40,971 nucleotides of DNA from a virus (IMGVR_UViG_3300022178_002149:1-40971); one strand, 5' to 3'. Numbered from the stretch's first letter, positions 1 through 10,252 are shown. A program made the numbers and translations. The notes: a model not told the origin generated them from the sequence alone.

Positions 1-3000
1 TTAGCACCTAAAATTGCTGCTAATATTAAAAATATTTTTAAAACAGAAAAATCAATTACTCCTGTAACTGACAATCTTAATAAAAAAACTGTTAGGGTTA
101 GATCGGAATTTAATTCAAACACAGATATTCCTGTTGTGGAGGAACAATACAAACATCTAAATTTAAAAATAAATCCACAAGGTAAAAAAGGATATTTAAG
201 AGGTTCTTTTGATGCTCCTTTAGAACACGTAACAACTAAAAATAAAATTAATTCACTTACATCTAATCCTGAAATTAGGAGTCAATATCCAGTAAGTGTT
301 ATGACAGATAAATTTGCCCTTGAAAATATTGATGATCCTTTTTTTAAACAATTAGGTAAAGAATACGCTAATAAAACTTATATGGGACAACCATTTCCTC
401 GTTTAACTAAACCATTACTAACTAGATTAGCTAATTTAAATAGAAAAAAAGTTGGAAATGCATTGGGTATAGATAATCCTTTAAGAGAATTTAATATGAA
501 AAACGCAGATAGTTCTATTATGAAGATTTTTAAAAGAACTAATCCTGGTATTGAAACGTTACCATTTACTAAAAAGTTTTTAACACGTGGTTCGCTTAAA
601 CGAAATAAAACATTAAATGATTATTTAAGTGAATTAGAGCCTAAAACAGGCATGCCTCGTTATGAAACAATGACTAACCAAGACTTAGCACTTGACCCAA
701 GATTTAAAGGTTTTTATAAAGGAGATCAAACAGGTAAAGGAGGTTTAAAAGCATTAGAAGATAGGATTCAAGAGTTTAGAAAAAAAAATAAATTAGAAGT
801 AGTTATTAATAAGTTTGGTAGAGAAAAAGGAAAAGGTGGAAAACGTATTAGTCTAGAACCATTAAAAGGAACTAGAATGCATGAAATAAAAAGATTATAT
901 AATAAACGTAATTACAAACCAGATGATCCTCGCACTAAACGTGCCTTAGATACCGTAAAAAGAACTGAGGTTGTAATGAATGCAGTGTTAGATAATTTAT
1001 CTCCTGATCAAAGAAAAATAGCACTAGAGAATTTTGTGAATAAAGGTAGACCTTTTATGCAAGCCTTACACACAGCTGCTGCGCGAAGTGATGATACTCC
1101 TGAAAGATTGTATAGACCAGAAGCAATGTCAACGTGGTATAGAAATCTTATGCACCGTGAAGCAGAGAATGCCATTAAAGCGTTGTTAAGAAATAAAACA
1201 AAATCTAAAGCTGAAATTGATATTGAAATAGATGGTTGGGAAAGTGATATGCGTGCACTTGGATTACAATCTGAAATAGATGGTAAAGTTTATGGTGCTT
1301 ATTATGATCAATCAAAAGGTATGATAAAACCTTTAGTACAAGATCTTCAAAAAGAATACCCACTAAAGATGATGGATTTTAGAGGACAAAAATTTAAACC
1401 TAAAGGTGCTAAAGATGGTGGCTTGATTGATACAGATTTAGATGATACAAGCACTGTTGTGGATGACTTACCTTTATTAGACCCTCAAGAAAGTATTGAT
1501 AGATTACATAAAGCTGGTGGTGGAGCATTTAAAATATTTTCAACTTTATCAAAAGCACCTAAAGCTGTAGGTAATTATTTTAAACCAAAAGGCACACCTA
1601 CGTCTGCTACAGATGTAGCAGTTGGCCAAGCTACAGAAGATAAACCAGCAATGTATTTATCAACGGTTAACGCTATTGAAGAAATGCCAGATGCAGCAAA
1701 AATGAATGCTAACCAATGGCTTGGTACAATTAAAAATAAACCTGGGGTATCTGGAACAGAACTTGATGAGTTTGGATTAGAAGCATTATTAACAAACGTT
1801 TCTAAAGGTGATGCAAAAAGAAAATTAACAAAATCAGAATTACTAGAAATGTATAATAAAGAAATGCCACAGATTGATATGGATATTTCCATGGCAGAAC
1901 CTGTATCACGTGGCGCAGATGATATTGTACAAATGCTAACAAGAATGCGTGAAAAAAGAGGTAGTAATCAATATGAATATGGAAACAGACCAGACATTTT
2001 TTCTAATGATGCACGTCTGTTAACTGATTTACACCAACCACCACAAGATGTAACAGGAATGAAACTTCGTGAAATGCTTCTTAATAACATGAAAAATTTG
2101 CAAGTAACTAATCAGGCAGCAGATCCTATTAATAGTAGCACAATTAAATTTATACAAAGCCAAGGTGACAGAGTTACTATGCACAAAGGATCTGAATTTA
2201 AAACTATGTGGGAAGGTGGATTTCCTTCCATGTACCACGGGACAAATGATATTGTTAAAAAAGATCATTTTAAGGTATTAAAAAATTTAGTGCCACAAGA
2301 AGATATAGCACAATTAGCGCAAGCTAAAAACATACCAGAAGAAAAAGCCTTTCAAGAACTATACCAGGCACTTAACATATTTGACAGAAATGTAATGACA
2401 GCAGACGTGCCTATTCCTTTTTGGACCAAGAAACTTTTATACCGTATGGGTGATATGAGTGAAGGAAGAGGATTTTTTTATAAAAGTAAAAAGACTCCAG
2501 CACATGAGGGAGCACAGTTTATTCCTGGTGGATCTGGTTACGGGGAACTAAAATTCTATTTTAATTTTAAAGATGGCTCTGTAAGATCAGCAGAAAAATC
2601 ATATCAATCTGGTCACTTTAGTGGAGAAGTATTTCAAGGAAATGCCGGTAATTCACCATTTGGATGGTTACGATTTAGTGAAAGAATTGATGAAAATGGC
2701 AGAAAATTACTACTTGTAGAAGAAACACAGTCTGATTTACATCAAAATGTGGCTCAAAAAGGATATAAGTACGCTCCAAGGCTTGATAAAGGTAATGTTT
2801 TAGCAGAAATGAGCGATTTTGCCGCGCAATTAGACAAAAAAATGCAAACTTTAGAGTCTACACGTCTTAGAAAAGAAAATATTTTACAATTACCCCGTGC
2901 AGAACGTGAATTACCAGAAAATATTGCTGAATTAAAGAATGTTGAAAAAGCAATGAAAAAATTAGTTGGTGATGTAAAGAAATTAAAGACAAAAGTAGAA

Positions 3001-3414
3001 GAACAAAAACAAGTAACAGGTGCAAGTGGTCAAGTTCATCCAGATGCACCATTTAAAAAGTCTGAAAATTATGCAAAAGTATTTATGCAAGGATTATTAA
3101 AGATGGCTGATGATAAAGGTTATGACGGAATAGCATTATCTACTGGTAAAATGAAAAAAGCACACGGCGGTATTCCAAAAGGTGGTGATAAATTTTATGA
3201 TGAGATTGGAGTTAAAGCTTTGAAACGTATTGCAAAGAAAAGTGGATTTAAATTTGGAGATACAACAATTGTTGACGGAAATGGCTTTACATGGGAGAAG
3301 ATTCCTATTATTTCCATGCGTGATATAAATACAGGCAAAAAATTTGCTGGTGAATCTACCATTCCAGTGTATAATAGGGGTGGGCAAGTAAAAAAAGGAT
3401 ATAATGGCTATTAA
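1..3414 (+). CDS. Large multidomain (polyvalent-like) probable virion-associated protein, 5' truncated by window
   Basis: Frame 1 is open from base 1, so the GTG at 136 is probably not the true start. The C-terminal region has LLVEETQSDLHQ ... LLKMADDKGYDGIAL ... KFYD, as seen in phage large polyvalent proteins. It lies directly upstream of the portal. Confidence 0.6.
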   Translation, partial: LAPKIAANIKNIFKTEKSITPVTDNLNKKTVRVRSEFNSNTDIPVVEEQYKHLNLKINPQGKKGYLRGSFDAPLEHVTTKNKINSLTSNPEIRSQYPVSVMTDKFALENIDDPFFKQLGKEYANKTYMGQPFPRLTKPLLTRLANLNRKKVGNALGIDNPLREFNMKNADSSIMKIFKRTNPGIETLPFTKKFLTRGSLKRNKTLNDYLSELEPKTGMPRYETMTNQDLALDPRFKGFYKGDQTGKGGLKALEDRIQEFRKKNKLEVVINKFGREKGKGGKRISLEPLKGTRMHEIKRLYNKRNYKPDDPRTKRALDTVKRTEVVMNAVLDNLSPDQRKIALENFVNKGRPFMQALHTAAARSDDTPERLYRPEAMSTWYRNLMHREAENAIKALLRNKTKSKAEIDIEIDGWESDMRALGLQSEIDGKVYGAYYDQSKGMIKPLVQDLQKEYPLKMMDFRGQKFKPKGAKDGGLIDTDLDDTSTVVDDLPLLDPQESIDRLHKAGGGAFKIFSTLSKAPKAVGNYFKPKGTPTSATDVAVGQATEDKPAMYLSTVNAIEEMPDAAKMNANQWLGTIKNKPGVSGTELDEFGLEALLTNVSKGDAKRKLTKSELLEMYNKEMPQIDMDISMAEPVSRGADDIVQMLTRMREKRGSNQYEYGNRPDIFSNDARLLTDLHQPPQDVTGMKLREMLLNNMKNLQVTNQAADPINSSTIKFIQSQGDRVTMHKGSEFKTMWEGGFPSMYHGTNDIVKKDHFKVLKNLVPQEDIAQLAQAKNIPEEKAFQELYQALNIFDRNVMTADVPIPFWTKKLLYRMGDMSEGRGFFYKSKKTPAHEGAQFIPGGSGYGELKFYFNFKDGSVRSAEKSYQSGHFSGEVFQGNAGNSPFGWLRFSERIDENGRKLLLVEETQSDLHQNVAQKGYKYAPRLDKGNVLAEMSDFAAQLDKKMQTLESTRLRKENILQLPRAERELPENIAELKNVEKAMKKLVGDVKKLKTKVEEQKQVTGASGQVHPDAPFKKSENYAKVFMQGLLKMADDKGYDGIALSTGKMKKAHGGIPKGGDKFYDEIGVKALKRIAKKSGFKFGDTTIVDGNGFTWEKIPIISMRDINTGKKFAGESTIPVYNRGGQVKKGYNGY

Positions 3415-6001
3415 ATCAAGAATGCCAGCAGCTGGATCAATTGAAAAAGCTATAGCAGCACTAACGGATGGAATAGAAATTTCAGACAGTCAAAATACTG
3501 AAATTCAACTTCCAGGTAATGGACCAACAATGGAAGGTGGAGTAGAGATAACAGAATTAGAAGATGGTGGTGCTGAAATTAATTCAGACCCTAACGCACC
3601 TGTTGATCAATCACAAATTCCGTTTAACGCAAACTTAGCTGATTACATAGAAGATGCTGAATTAAAAAATTTATCTGATACTTTAATTTCTGCTTATCAA
3701 GCAGATTTTGATTCAAGAAAAGATTGGCATGATACCTATACGAAAGGTTTAGACATGCTAGGATTTAAATACGAAGATAGAACGCAACCATTTGAAGGTG
3801 CAAGTGGTGTTATTCATCCTTTGTTAGCAGAATCTGTTACACAATTTCAAGCACAAGCTTATAAAGAATTATTACCACCAGCTGGTCCTGTAAATACAGA
3901 AATAGTTGGTGAGATTACTCCACAAGTAGAACAACAAGCTAAACGTGTAAAAGACTACATGAATTACATGATAACACATGTCATGAAAGAGTATGATCCA
4001 GATATGGATCAATTATTATTTTATTTACCACTAGCTGGATCTGCATTTAAGAAAACTTACTATGATGGACAATTAATGCGTCCAGTTTCTAAATTTGTTG
4101 CAGGTGAAGATTGTGTTATTAATTATATGGCGTCTTCTTTAGAAGATGCTTCAAGAATTACACATTCAATAAAAGTAGATGGTAACACTTTAAGAAAACA
4201 ACAAGTAAGTGGTTTTTATCGTGATATTAGTTTGGCTACAGGTTCTATATCTACTGGAGTTAATGATATACAAGATAAAATTGATGAATTAGAAGGTGTA
4301 AGTCCTGGTATTCCTCAAGACGACGATGAACACCAATTATTAGAAATGCATGTAGATGCAGACATTCCTGGTTTTGAAGATGAACAAGGAATTAAATTAC
4401 CTTACATTATTACTATAGATAGTTATTCAACTGAAGTTTTATCTATTCGTCGTAACTGGAATGAACAAGATCCAGCAAGAGGACGTATAGAATACTTTAC
4501 TCACTATAAGTTCCTCCCAGGTCTAGGCTTTTATGGCTTTGGCCTAATACACATGCTAGGTGGGTTATCAAGAACTGCAACAAGTGTTTTGCGACAATTA
4601 ATTGATGCGGGTACTCTTGCTAACTTACCAGCAGGATTTAAAGCACGTGGTATGAGAATACGTGACGACGACACACCATTACAACCAGGTGAGTTTAGAG
4701 ATGTAGACGTAACAGGTACATCTATTCGGGAATCACTTTTACCTCTACCTTACAAAGAACCTTCGCAAACTTTATTTGCTTTATTAGGATTTTGTGTAGA
4801 TGCAGGTAAATCATTTGCTGCAATAGCAGATATGAAAATGGGTGAAGGAAATGAACAGAATCCAGTAGGAACAACTTTAGCATTACTTGAACGTGGAACA
4901 AAAGTAATGAGCGCAATTCATAAAAGATTACATTATGCTCAAGGAATTGAATTTAATTTACTAGCTAAATGTATTCAAACATATTTACCTCCTGAATATC
5001 CTTACATGGTACGTGGCGGTAATAGAGCCATTAAAGCTCAAGATTTTGATAACAGGGTTGACATATTACCTATATCTAATCCTAATATTTTTTCTATGTC
5101 TCAACGTGTTATGTTGGCGCAGCAACAATTGCAATTAGCACAAGCTGCTCCGCAACTACATAATTTAAGAGAAGCATACAGACGCGTTTACCAAGCTTTA
5201 GATGTTGATAACTTAGATGCTTTATTAAAACCAGATCCTGGTAATCCTAATCCTAAAAGTCCTGCAACAGAAAATGCTGAAGCAATGACTGGACAACAAC
5301 CAAAAGCTTTTCCAAAACAAAATCATCCTGCGCACATAGAAGCACACGCTGAATTTATGTTTACACGTCCTGTTCAAATTAATCCTCAATTGTACGCAAT
5401 GATGGAAGGACATATTTTACAACACATAGCTATTTTAGCTGCAGAACAAGTAGAAGAAAAAATGTTACCACAAACACAAGAAATGCAAAAACAGATACAA
5501 GCAATGCAACAACAAGTACAACAAAATCCTGCATTGCAAGAACAAGTTGCTCAACAAATACAAGGAATGCAACAAGAATTTATGACTCAAAAAGAAGCTG
5601 AAATTTCAATTGTTGAAGCACAATTAATTAAAGAGATGGCAGAAGAAGAAACTAAACGAAGCGGTTTAGAAGATCAAGATCCATTAATTAAATTAAAACA
5701 ACAAGAGATTGATTTAAAAGCTGCTGAATTAATACAAAGAGGGGAGCATGACGATCAAGAATTGTTACTTAAAACTTCTGTTGAAGCAGAAAAACTTGAT
5801 CTTGAAAGAGATAAAGTAAATAACGCTGCTGAGGGAGCTGTAATGAAAGAATCTTTTGGCTTGCTAAAAGACCAAGCAAAGGATACCATTAGTGAAATAA
5901 AAGAAGATGTAATTTCATTACGGGAAGATCGTAGAACAAGAAGTAATGAAAAAATTGCTTTAATGAAGGAAAGAAATGGCAGACAACCAAAAACTAAGTA
6001 A
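3404..6001 (+). CDS. Portal protein (P22-like)
   Basis: 865 aa. Motifs SRKDW..TY.KGLD.LG, PFEGASGVIHPLLAESVTQFQAQA, GFYGFGLIH, RQLIDAGTLANLP and PGEFRDVD, plus a Q-rich coiled-coil C-terminus, are typical of uvMED-type portals. Confidence 0.9.
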   Translation: MAIKSRMPAAGSIEKAIAALTDGIEISDSQNTEIQLPGNGPTMEGGVEITELEDGGAEINSDPNAPVDQSQIPFNANLADYIEDAELKNLSDTLISAYQADFDSRKDWHDTYTKGLDMLGFKYEDRTQPFEGASGVIHPLLAESVTQFQAQAYKELLPPAGPVNTEIVGEITPQVEQQAKRVKDYMNYMITHVMKEYDPDMDQLLFYLPLAGSAFKKTYYDGQLMRPVSKFVAGEDCVINYMASSLEDASRITHSIKVDGNTLRKQQVSGFYRDISLATGSISTGVNDIQDKIDELEGVSPGIPQDDDEHQLLEMHVDADIPGFEDEQGIKLPYIITIDSYSTEVLSIRRNWNEQDPARGRIEYFTHYKFLPGLGFYGFGLIHMLGGLSRTATSVLRQLIDAGTLANLPAGFKARGMRIRDDDTPLQPGEFRDVDVTGTSIRESLLPLPYKEPSQTLFALLGFCVDAGKSFAAIADMKMGEGNEQNPVGTTLALLERGTKVMSAIHKRLHYAQGIEFNLLAKCIQTYLPPEYPYMVRGGNRAIKAQDFDNRVDILPISNPNIFSMSQRVMLAQQQLQLAQAAPQLHNLREAYRRVYQALDVDNLDALLKPDPGNPNPKSPATENAEAMTGQQPKAFPKQNHPAHIEAHAEFMFTRPVQINPQLYAMMEGHILQHIAILAAEQVEEKMLPQTQEMQKQIQAMQQQVQQNPALQEQVAQQIQGMQQEFMTQKEAEISIVEAQLIKEMAEEETKRSGLEDQDPLIKLKQQEIDLKAAELIQRGEHDDQELLLKTSVEAEKLDLERDKVNNAAEGAVMKESFGLLKDQAKDTISEIKEDVISLREDRRTRSNEKIALMKERNGRQPKTK

Positions 6002-6236
6002 AATTATAGAAGTAATGCAAAACGCAGAAGATCTTGCTTTTAAAATGATTAATGGTAAAGATGAAGACACGTTAGTTGTAGCTGCTGGATTAGCCGCTGT
6101 TACAAGGAATTTGTATATTGGCGCTTTAGGAGCTGAGCAAGCACAAAAAGTCTTTGAAGTTATGCTTGATTCCTTTATAGTAGCCGATGAAATTTATTTT
6201 GACGGTTCTTATTATGAGAAACCAACAATACATTAA
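5976..6236 (+). CDS. Hypothetical protein
   Basis: 86-aa ORF overlapping the portal end, with a purine-rich RBS. Confidence 0.7.
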   Translation: MADNQKLSKIIEVMQNAEDLAFKMINGKDEDTLVVAAGLAAVTRNLYIGALGAEQAQKVFEVMLDSFIVADEIYFDGSYYEKPTIH

Positions 6237-6248
6237 CAAGGAGGTAAT

Positions 6249-6377
6249 ATGAAGTTACTGAAAGATATTTGGGAACACTTAAAAGAGTGGAGCGATTGGG
6301 GAATGAAAGACTGGATTAAAGCTGGTATAGTCACTATAATCGTGTTAGTTGTTCTTAAAGCAATTGTGATTGGCTAG
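6249..6377 (+). CDS. Small single-pass membrane protein (42 aa; not in ORF track)
   Basis: Strong RBS AAGGAGGT upstream. Translates as MKLLKDIWEHLKEWSDWGMKDWIKAGIVTIIVLVVLKAIVIG: an amphipathic Trp-rich N-terminus and one hydrophobic helix. Fills the intergenic gap. Confidence 0.8.
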   Translation: MKLLKDIWEHLKEWSDWGMKDWIKAGIVTIIVLVVLKAIVIG

Positions 6378-6397
6378 AGCAACTAGAGGAAATTTAA

Positions 6398-7792
6398 ATG
6401 GCATCATTATTTGATTATTATAACAAAGGGTCTGGAAGAAGGGCTCCAACAGGATACAGTTTTAGAACCAGTAATAGCGGTAGAGATGTTTATACGCCTG
6501 TCAATGATTTAAACAGGGCAAATAATTATAGAAGAAATCCAGGTAGTGTGGGTGGAGGACGTTCTAATTTAGATAATCAACGTGGTTTTTCTAATCAAGG
6601 AATTGGATCTTTCTCTAACCGTCAACCTGGATTATTCGGAAGCCAAATGGGAAAGCCAAGTAGCCGTCAACCTGGATTATTTGGAAGCCAACCAATCCAA
6701 CCAGGAATGACTGGACGTGATGCAGCGGCTTCTGGTGTAGTTGAAGAAGAAGATCAATTTAGTTTTACTGATAAAAATTTAGGTTCAAATATTGTTGAAG
6801 ATGCTACAAGAATGGCATCTGATTTAACCCCAGATGTAAATATGAGATTACCAGGAATTGGTGGTTTAACAATGGGTATGATGGATAGTATTAGCAACAA
6901 TCAAGCAGACCATAGATATTTAAACTCAATTTTTGGTAGAGCAAGTCCAGATAAAACAATGGCTTTTTTTGATAAAGCAACATTTGATGCTAACAGAAAC
7001 ATGGGAACCGATAATGTAGGTACCATGCAAATAGGCGATACAAGTCGTGGTTCTAGTTTAGGTCAAGCAATGAAATATTTTGAAAGAGCAGGAATTAGTA
7101 AACAAAACATAGACAGATTTATGGATCCAAATGATAAGTTTTACGGAAGTCAAGCTTATTTAGCGTCACAAGCTGGTGGAGATGGAGCAGAAGATTTTGC
7201 AACAGGAATGTCATTTATTAAAAATGCAAAAGCTAGTGCAAATTTAGCAAGAGATGTAGCAGGACAACAAATGACTGAAAGAGCAGCTGCACAACCTTCT
7301 GATAGACAACCTGGATTATTTGAAAGTGAAACTATGGAAACTATAACACCATCCGATAGACAACCAGGATTATTTGGAAGTGAAAGTTCGATGACACCAT
7401 CCGATAGACAACCAGGATTATTTGAAGAAGAAATTCTTACTCAAGATGAAGATTTTTATAATTATCCTGATGAAAAATACAGAGGTCAATATGATTTAGG
7501 ACCAGAATACGATCCAGTAATGGATATAAGTATAGATGAACAAGCTTACATGGATAGTGATCCAACTTTTTATAATCAAGTAGGAAGAAAAAGAGGTATG
7601 TTACCTAATTTTGGAAACAACTTAACAAGCCAGTTAATGTATGGACAACTTCCAGAAAACATGTTGGGAGTTACTCCGATGAATGCAAACCAAGCAGGTC
7701 AATTTGTTCTTGATGGCTATGAAGATGTGGAAGATTCACGAAGTGTAATTAGTCCAAGATATTACGATAGATTATTTCCTTACTCTAGATAA
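6398..7792 (+). CDS. Low-complexity hypothetical protein with five RQPGLF repeats
   Basis: 464 aa, RBS GAGGA, rich in G/S/N/D/Q, with the repeated peptide S[NSD]RQPGLF. Confidence 0.75.
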   Translation: MASLFDYYNKGSGRRAPTGYSFRTSNSGRDVYTPVNDLNRANNYRRNPGSVGGGRSNLDNQRGFSNQGIGSFSNRQPGLFGSQMGKPSSRQPGLFGSQPIQPGMTGRDAAASGVVEEEDQFSFTDKNLGSNIVEDATRMASDLTPDVNMRLPGIGGLTMGMMDSISNNQADHRYLNSIFGRASPDKTMAFFDKATFDANRNMGTDNVGTMQIGDTSRGSSLGQAMKYFERAGISKQNIDRFMDPNDKFYGSQAYLASQAGGDGAEDFATGMSFIKNAKASANLARDVAGQQMTERAAAQPSDRQPGLFESETMETITPSDRQPGLFGSESSMTPSDRQPGLFEEEILTQDEDFYNYPDEKYRGQYDLGPEYDPVMDISIDEQAYMDSDPTFYNQVGRKRGMLPNFGNNLTSQLMYGQLPENMLGVTPMNANQAGQFVLDGYEDVEDSRSVISPRYYDRLFPYSR

Positions 7793-7794
7793 CG

Positions 7795-8745
7795 ATGCCA
7801 GGTTATGATCACTTATATGGGTCTACCCAAACAAGTGGAGGAACAGGGACATCTTCTGGCGCTGTAGGTGGCTATACTCCTCCGTCAGGTGGAGGCAATA
7901 ATAATAATCAGAATAATAATCAAAACACTACGCCTATTGTAGATGTAGCAGCACAACAAGATGCTGCTGATGACGCTTACGCTACTTCATTATTTGGAGG
8001 AAACGAAAATCATCCACCTGCAATTCCAGCTAATGAAGTTTATGGACCAGGCTCAACAGATCCAGGAATGGGTTATGCTCTCACAAATGTAGATCCAAAT
8101 CTTTTACCTAAATTAGGTTTAGATAAAATGGATCCTAAAGTTTTAGAATCTTTTGGTTACGCTACTCTTAATGAAGATGGTTCTATCTTTAGTACTAAAG
8201 GCACTACAATACCAAACGAACTTCTTAAATTAATTATGGAAGGAAGTTTTGTCAGTGGTAATGAAGCTGTTGAAAGTAATGAACCTTACACTACAACATT
8301 TTCTCAATTTGAAAATGCCTCTCAAATGGCTGCTGCCGGTAATGAAAATGCTAAAAAATGGTTAGAGGATAACACTTTATTTCCGGGAGGATTAAATGAA
8401 TATTATGATATTATGGATCCTTCTAAAAACCCTAATCAAATAGCTATTGGTCAAGGATCAGGTGATTTTTACGATTCAGGTAGAAATTTAATTGATGACA
8501 GAAACGCTTGGAAAGAAAGATTATATTATGGTCCTAAAATAGCTCCTCAAAGACAAATGGAACAATCTGGATTTATGAATACTATGACTAACCCTTATTT
8601 AAAAGACATGGCAGAAACCTTAGAGGGAGGTTTATATGGTAAAAGTGTTTTTGGAATGGGAATGAATCCTGTTGGATTAGAAAAAAAATATGCGACAGGT
8701 AGGTCTCGAGGTGGTATAATGGCTATTTGGAACCATAGGAAATAA
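7795..8745 (+). CDS. Hypothetical low-complexity protein, C-terminal xxGG motif
   Basis: 316 aa, with a GGGNNNN tract and the ending RSRGGIMAIWNHRK. Confidence 0.7.
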   Translation: MPGYDHLYGSTQTSGGTGTSSGAVGGYTPPSGGGNNNNQNNNQNTTPIVDVAAQQDAADDAYATSLFGGNENHPPAIPANEVYGPGSTDPGMGYALTNVDPNLLPKLGLDKMDPKVLESFGYATLNEDGSIFSTKGTTIPNELLKLIMEGSFVSGNEAVESNEPYTTTFSQFENASQMAAAGNENAKKWLEDNTLFPGGLNEYYDIMDPSKNPNQIAIGQGSGDFYDSGRNLIDDRNAWKERLYYGPKIAPQRQMEQSGFMNTMTNPYLKDMAETLEGGLYGKSVFGMGMNPVGLEKKYATGRSRGGIMAIWNHRK

Positions 8746-8746
8746 T

Positions 8747-9142
8747 ATGTTAAATCTATTACTAAAACCATTATTAGGAGTTGCCTCTCAAGCCGTCACT
8801 GGATTTGTAGAGACTAAGAAAGCTAAAGCTGAATCTAAACTAGTAGAAATAAAAGCAAAGACTGCACTGCGCGAAAAGCAAATAGCCGGCGAAGTTTCGT
8901 GGGAAGCATCAGCCGTGGACCAAATGAAAGGGTCGTGGAAAGACGAACTAATTTTAATTTGCCTTTTGGCTCCGGCCGTAGCCGTATTTTTTCCAGGAAT
9001 GACTCATCATATAGAAGCTGGGTTTGTTGCACTTCAGCAACTTCCGGATTATTATAAACATTTATTATACATCGCCTGCTCAGCAAGCTTCGGCATCAAG
9101 GGAGCTAAAGGTGCTGTAGGATTATTTACAAAGAAAAAATGA
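8747..9142 (+). CDS. Putative holin (GTA-type 3TM holin-like)
   Basis: N-terminal amphipathic helix, coiled coil, SWKDE motif, then hydrophobic segments and ASFGIKG. This is the pattern of the 3TM holin-like family. Confidence 0.6.
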   Translation: MLNLLLKPLLGVASQAVTGFVETKKAKAESKLVEIKAKTALREKQIAGEVSWEASAVDQMKGSWKDELILICLLAPAVAVFFPGMTHHIEAGFVALQQLPDYYKHLLYIACSASFGIKGAKGAVGLFTKKK

Positions 9143-9363
9143 CACCGGAAAGGTTATCTGCATGGAGAATTTTTCCCAGGTTATTAATTACATTATATGG
9201 AATTTCATTCTGGCGTACAACAGAATGGTTTATGAGTTTACCAGATCCAACAAACGCACAATCAGCTTTTGTGTCAGTCGTTGTCGGAGCTGGTGCCGCA
9301 TGGTTTGGCCTCTATGTTGGTGGTACTAAACACGCAACAGTTAAAGTGGAGAATAAATCATGA
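9139..9363 (+). CDS. Small two-TM membrane protein
   Basis: WRIFPRLLI...EWFM.L..PT..Q...VGAGAAWFGLY; two hydrophobic helices; ATGA overlap with the previous gene. Confidence 0.7.
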   Translation: MTPERLSAWRIFPRLLITLYGISFWRTTEWFMSLPDPTNAQSAFVSVVVGAGAAWFGLYVGGTKHATVKVENKS

Positions 9364-9542
9364 CTAAAAAATCAAAAGCAGATATTAATAAAAACGGAAA
9401 AATAGAAGGTTGGGAAGCAGCTAGATCAAACGCAATTAATAAATCTATGCGTAGTAAAAAAAAGATGGGTGGAACAGTAGTTACACCAAGAGGATTTAAT
9501 TTAATGATGCCTAATAAAAGACCTATAACTAAAATTTATTAA
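9360..9542 (+). CDS. Small basic protein
   Basis: 60 aa, Lys-rich, with a DINKNGKIEGWE EF-hand-like loop and a KKMGG motif; translationally coupled. Confidence 0.7.
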   Translation: MTKKSKADINKNGKIEGWEAARSNAINKSMRSKKKMGGTVVTPRGFNLMMPNKRPITKIY

Positions 9543-9664
9543 TGGTTAAGAAAAAATCTAAATCACAAAAAAGAAAAGAAAAATCAGATAAAAATCCAAA
9601 AGGCATAGCAAAAGGCTGTGGTATGGTGATGGAAAACAGAAGAAAAAAAACAAAGTATGCCTAA
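9542..9664 (+). CDS. Small basic protein (40 aa; not in ORF track)
   Basis: TAATG coupling to the previous stop. Translates as MVKKKSKSQKRKEKSDKNPKGIAKGCGMVMENRRKKTKYA. Fills the gap exactly. Confidence 0.75.
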   Translation: MVKKKSKSQKRKEKSDKNPKGIAKGCGMVMENRRKKTKYA

Positions 9665-9899
9665 AACTGCAGCATGGACAAGGAAAGCAGGTAAAAGCCC
9701 TTCAGGCGGTTTAAATGCTAAAGGACGTGCAAGTTATAAAGGTGGAAAATTAAAAGCTCCTACTAAGTCTAAGACTAGTGGTAGACGTAAATCTTTTTGT
9801 GCTAGAATGTCTGGTATGAAGAAAAAATTAACAAGTGCTAAAACAGCTAGAGACCCAAATTCAAGGATTAATAAATCGTTGCGAAAATGGGATTGTTAA
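9657..9899 (+). CDS. Conserved small basic phage protein (DUF6321-like)
   Basis: GGLNAKGRASY...RRKSFCARMSG...SRINKSLRKWDC, a pattern recognised from phage proteins. Confidence 0.7.
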   Translation: MPKTAAWTRKAGKSPSGGLNAKGRASYKGGKLKAPTKSKTSGRRKSFCARMSGMKKKLTSAKTARDPNSRINKSLRKWDC

Positions 9900-9925
9900 T
9901 ATAAAACAACTTTAAGGAGATAACT

Positions 9926-10249
9926 ATGGTTGGAAAAATTATGTCAAGACCCGAAAAAAGAAAAACACCGGGTAAAAAAATGATGACTACTACTTATAAA
10001 ACTGGTGGAAAAGTTAAAAAAGCTACTGGCGGAAGAGTAAAAAAAATGGGTGGCGGATACAATGCTAGATTAGATGATTCTATGGGAGCAAAAAACGGAA
10101 GTAAAACTCAATCTATGGCTGCTAGAAGAAACGAATCTAAAGGCATGGAAAAAGCAATGGGTAAAGGTGCTTATTCTGGTGATAAACAGATGGCTGCAAA
10201 GGGTGGCAGAATTAAAAAATCAAAAGGTGGATCAACTAGAAAGAAGTAG
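9926..10249 (+). CDS. Lys/Gly/Met-rich basic protein with five xxGG motifs
   Basis: RBS AAGGAG; YKTGG, KATGG, KMGGG, AAKGG, KSKGG. Confidence 0.75.
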   Translation: MVGKIMSRPEKRKTPGKKMMTTTYKTGGKVKKATGGRVKKMGGGYNARLDDSMGAKNGSKTQSMAARRNESKGMEKAMGKGAYSGDKQMAAKGGRIKKSKGGSTRKK

Positions 10250-10252
10250 TTC

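Noticed and set aside
7295-7425. Spaced DNA repeats (GATAGACAACCAGGATTATTTG) resembling a mini-CRISPR
   Set aside because: In frame within a CDS, with synonymous variation, uneven spacing and no cas genes. They are peptide repeats.
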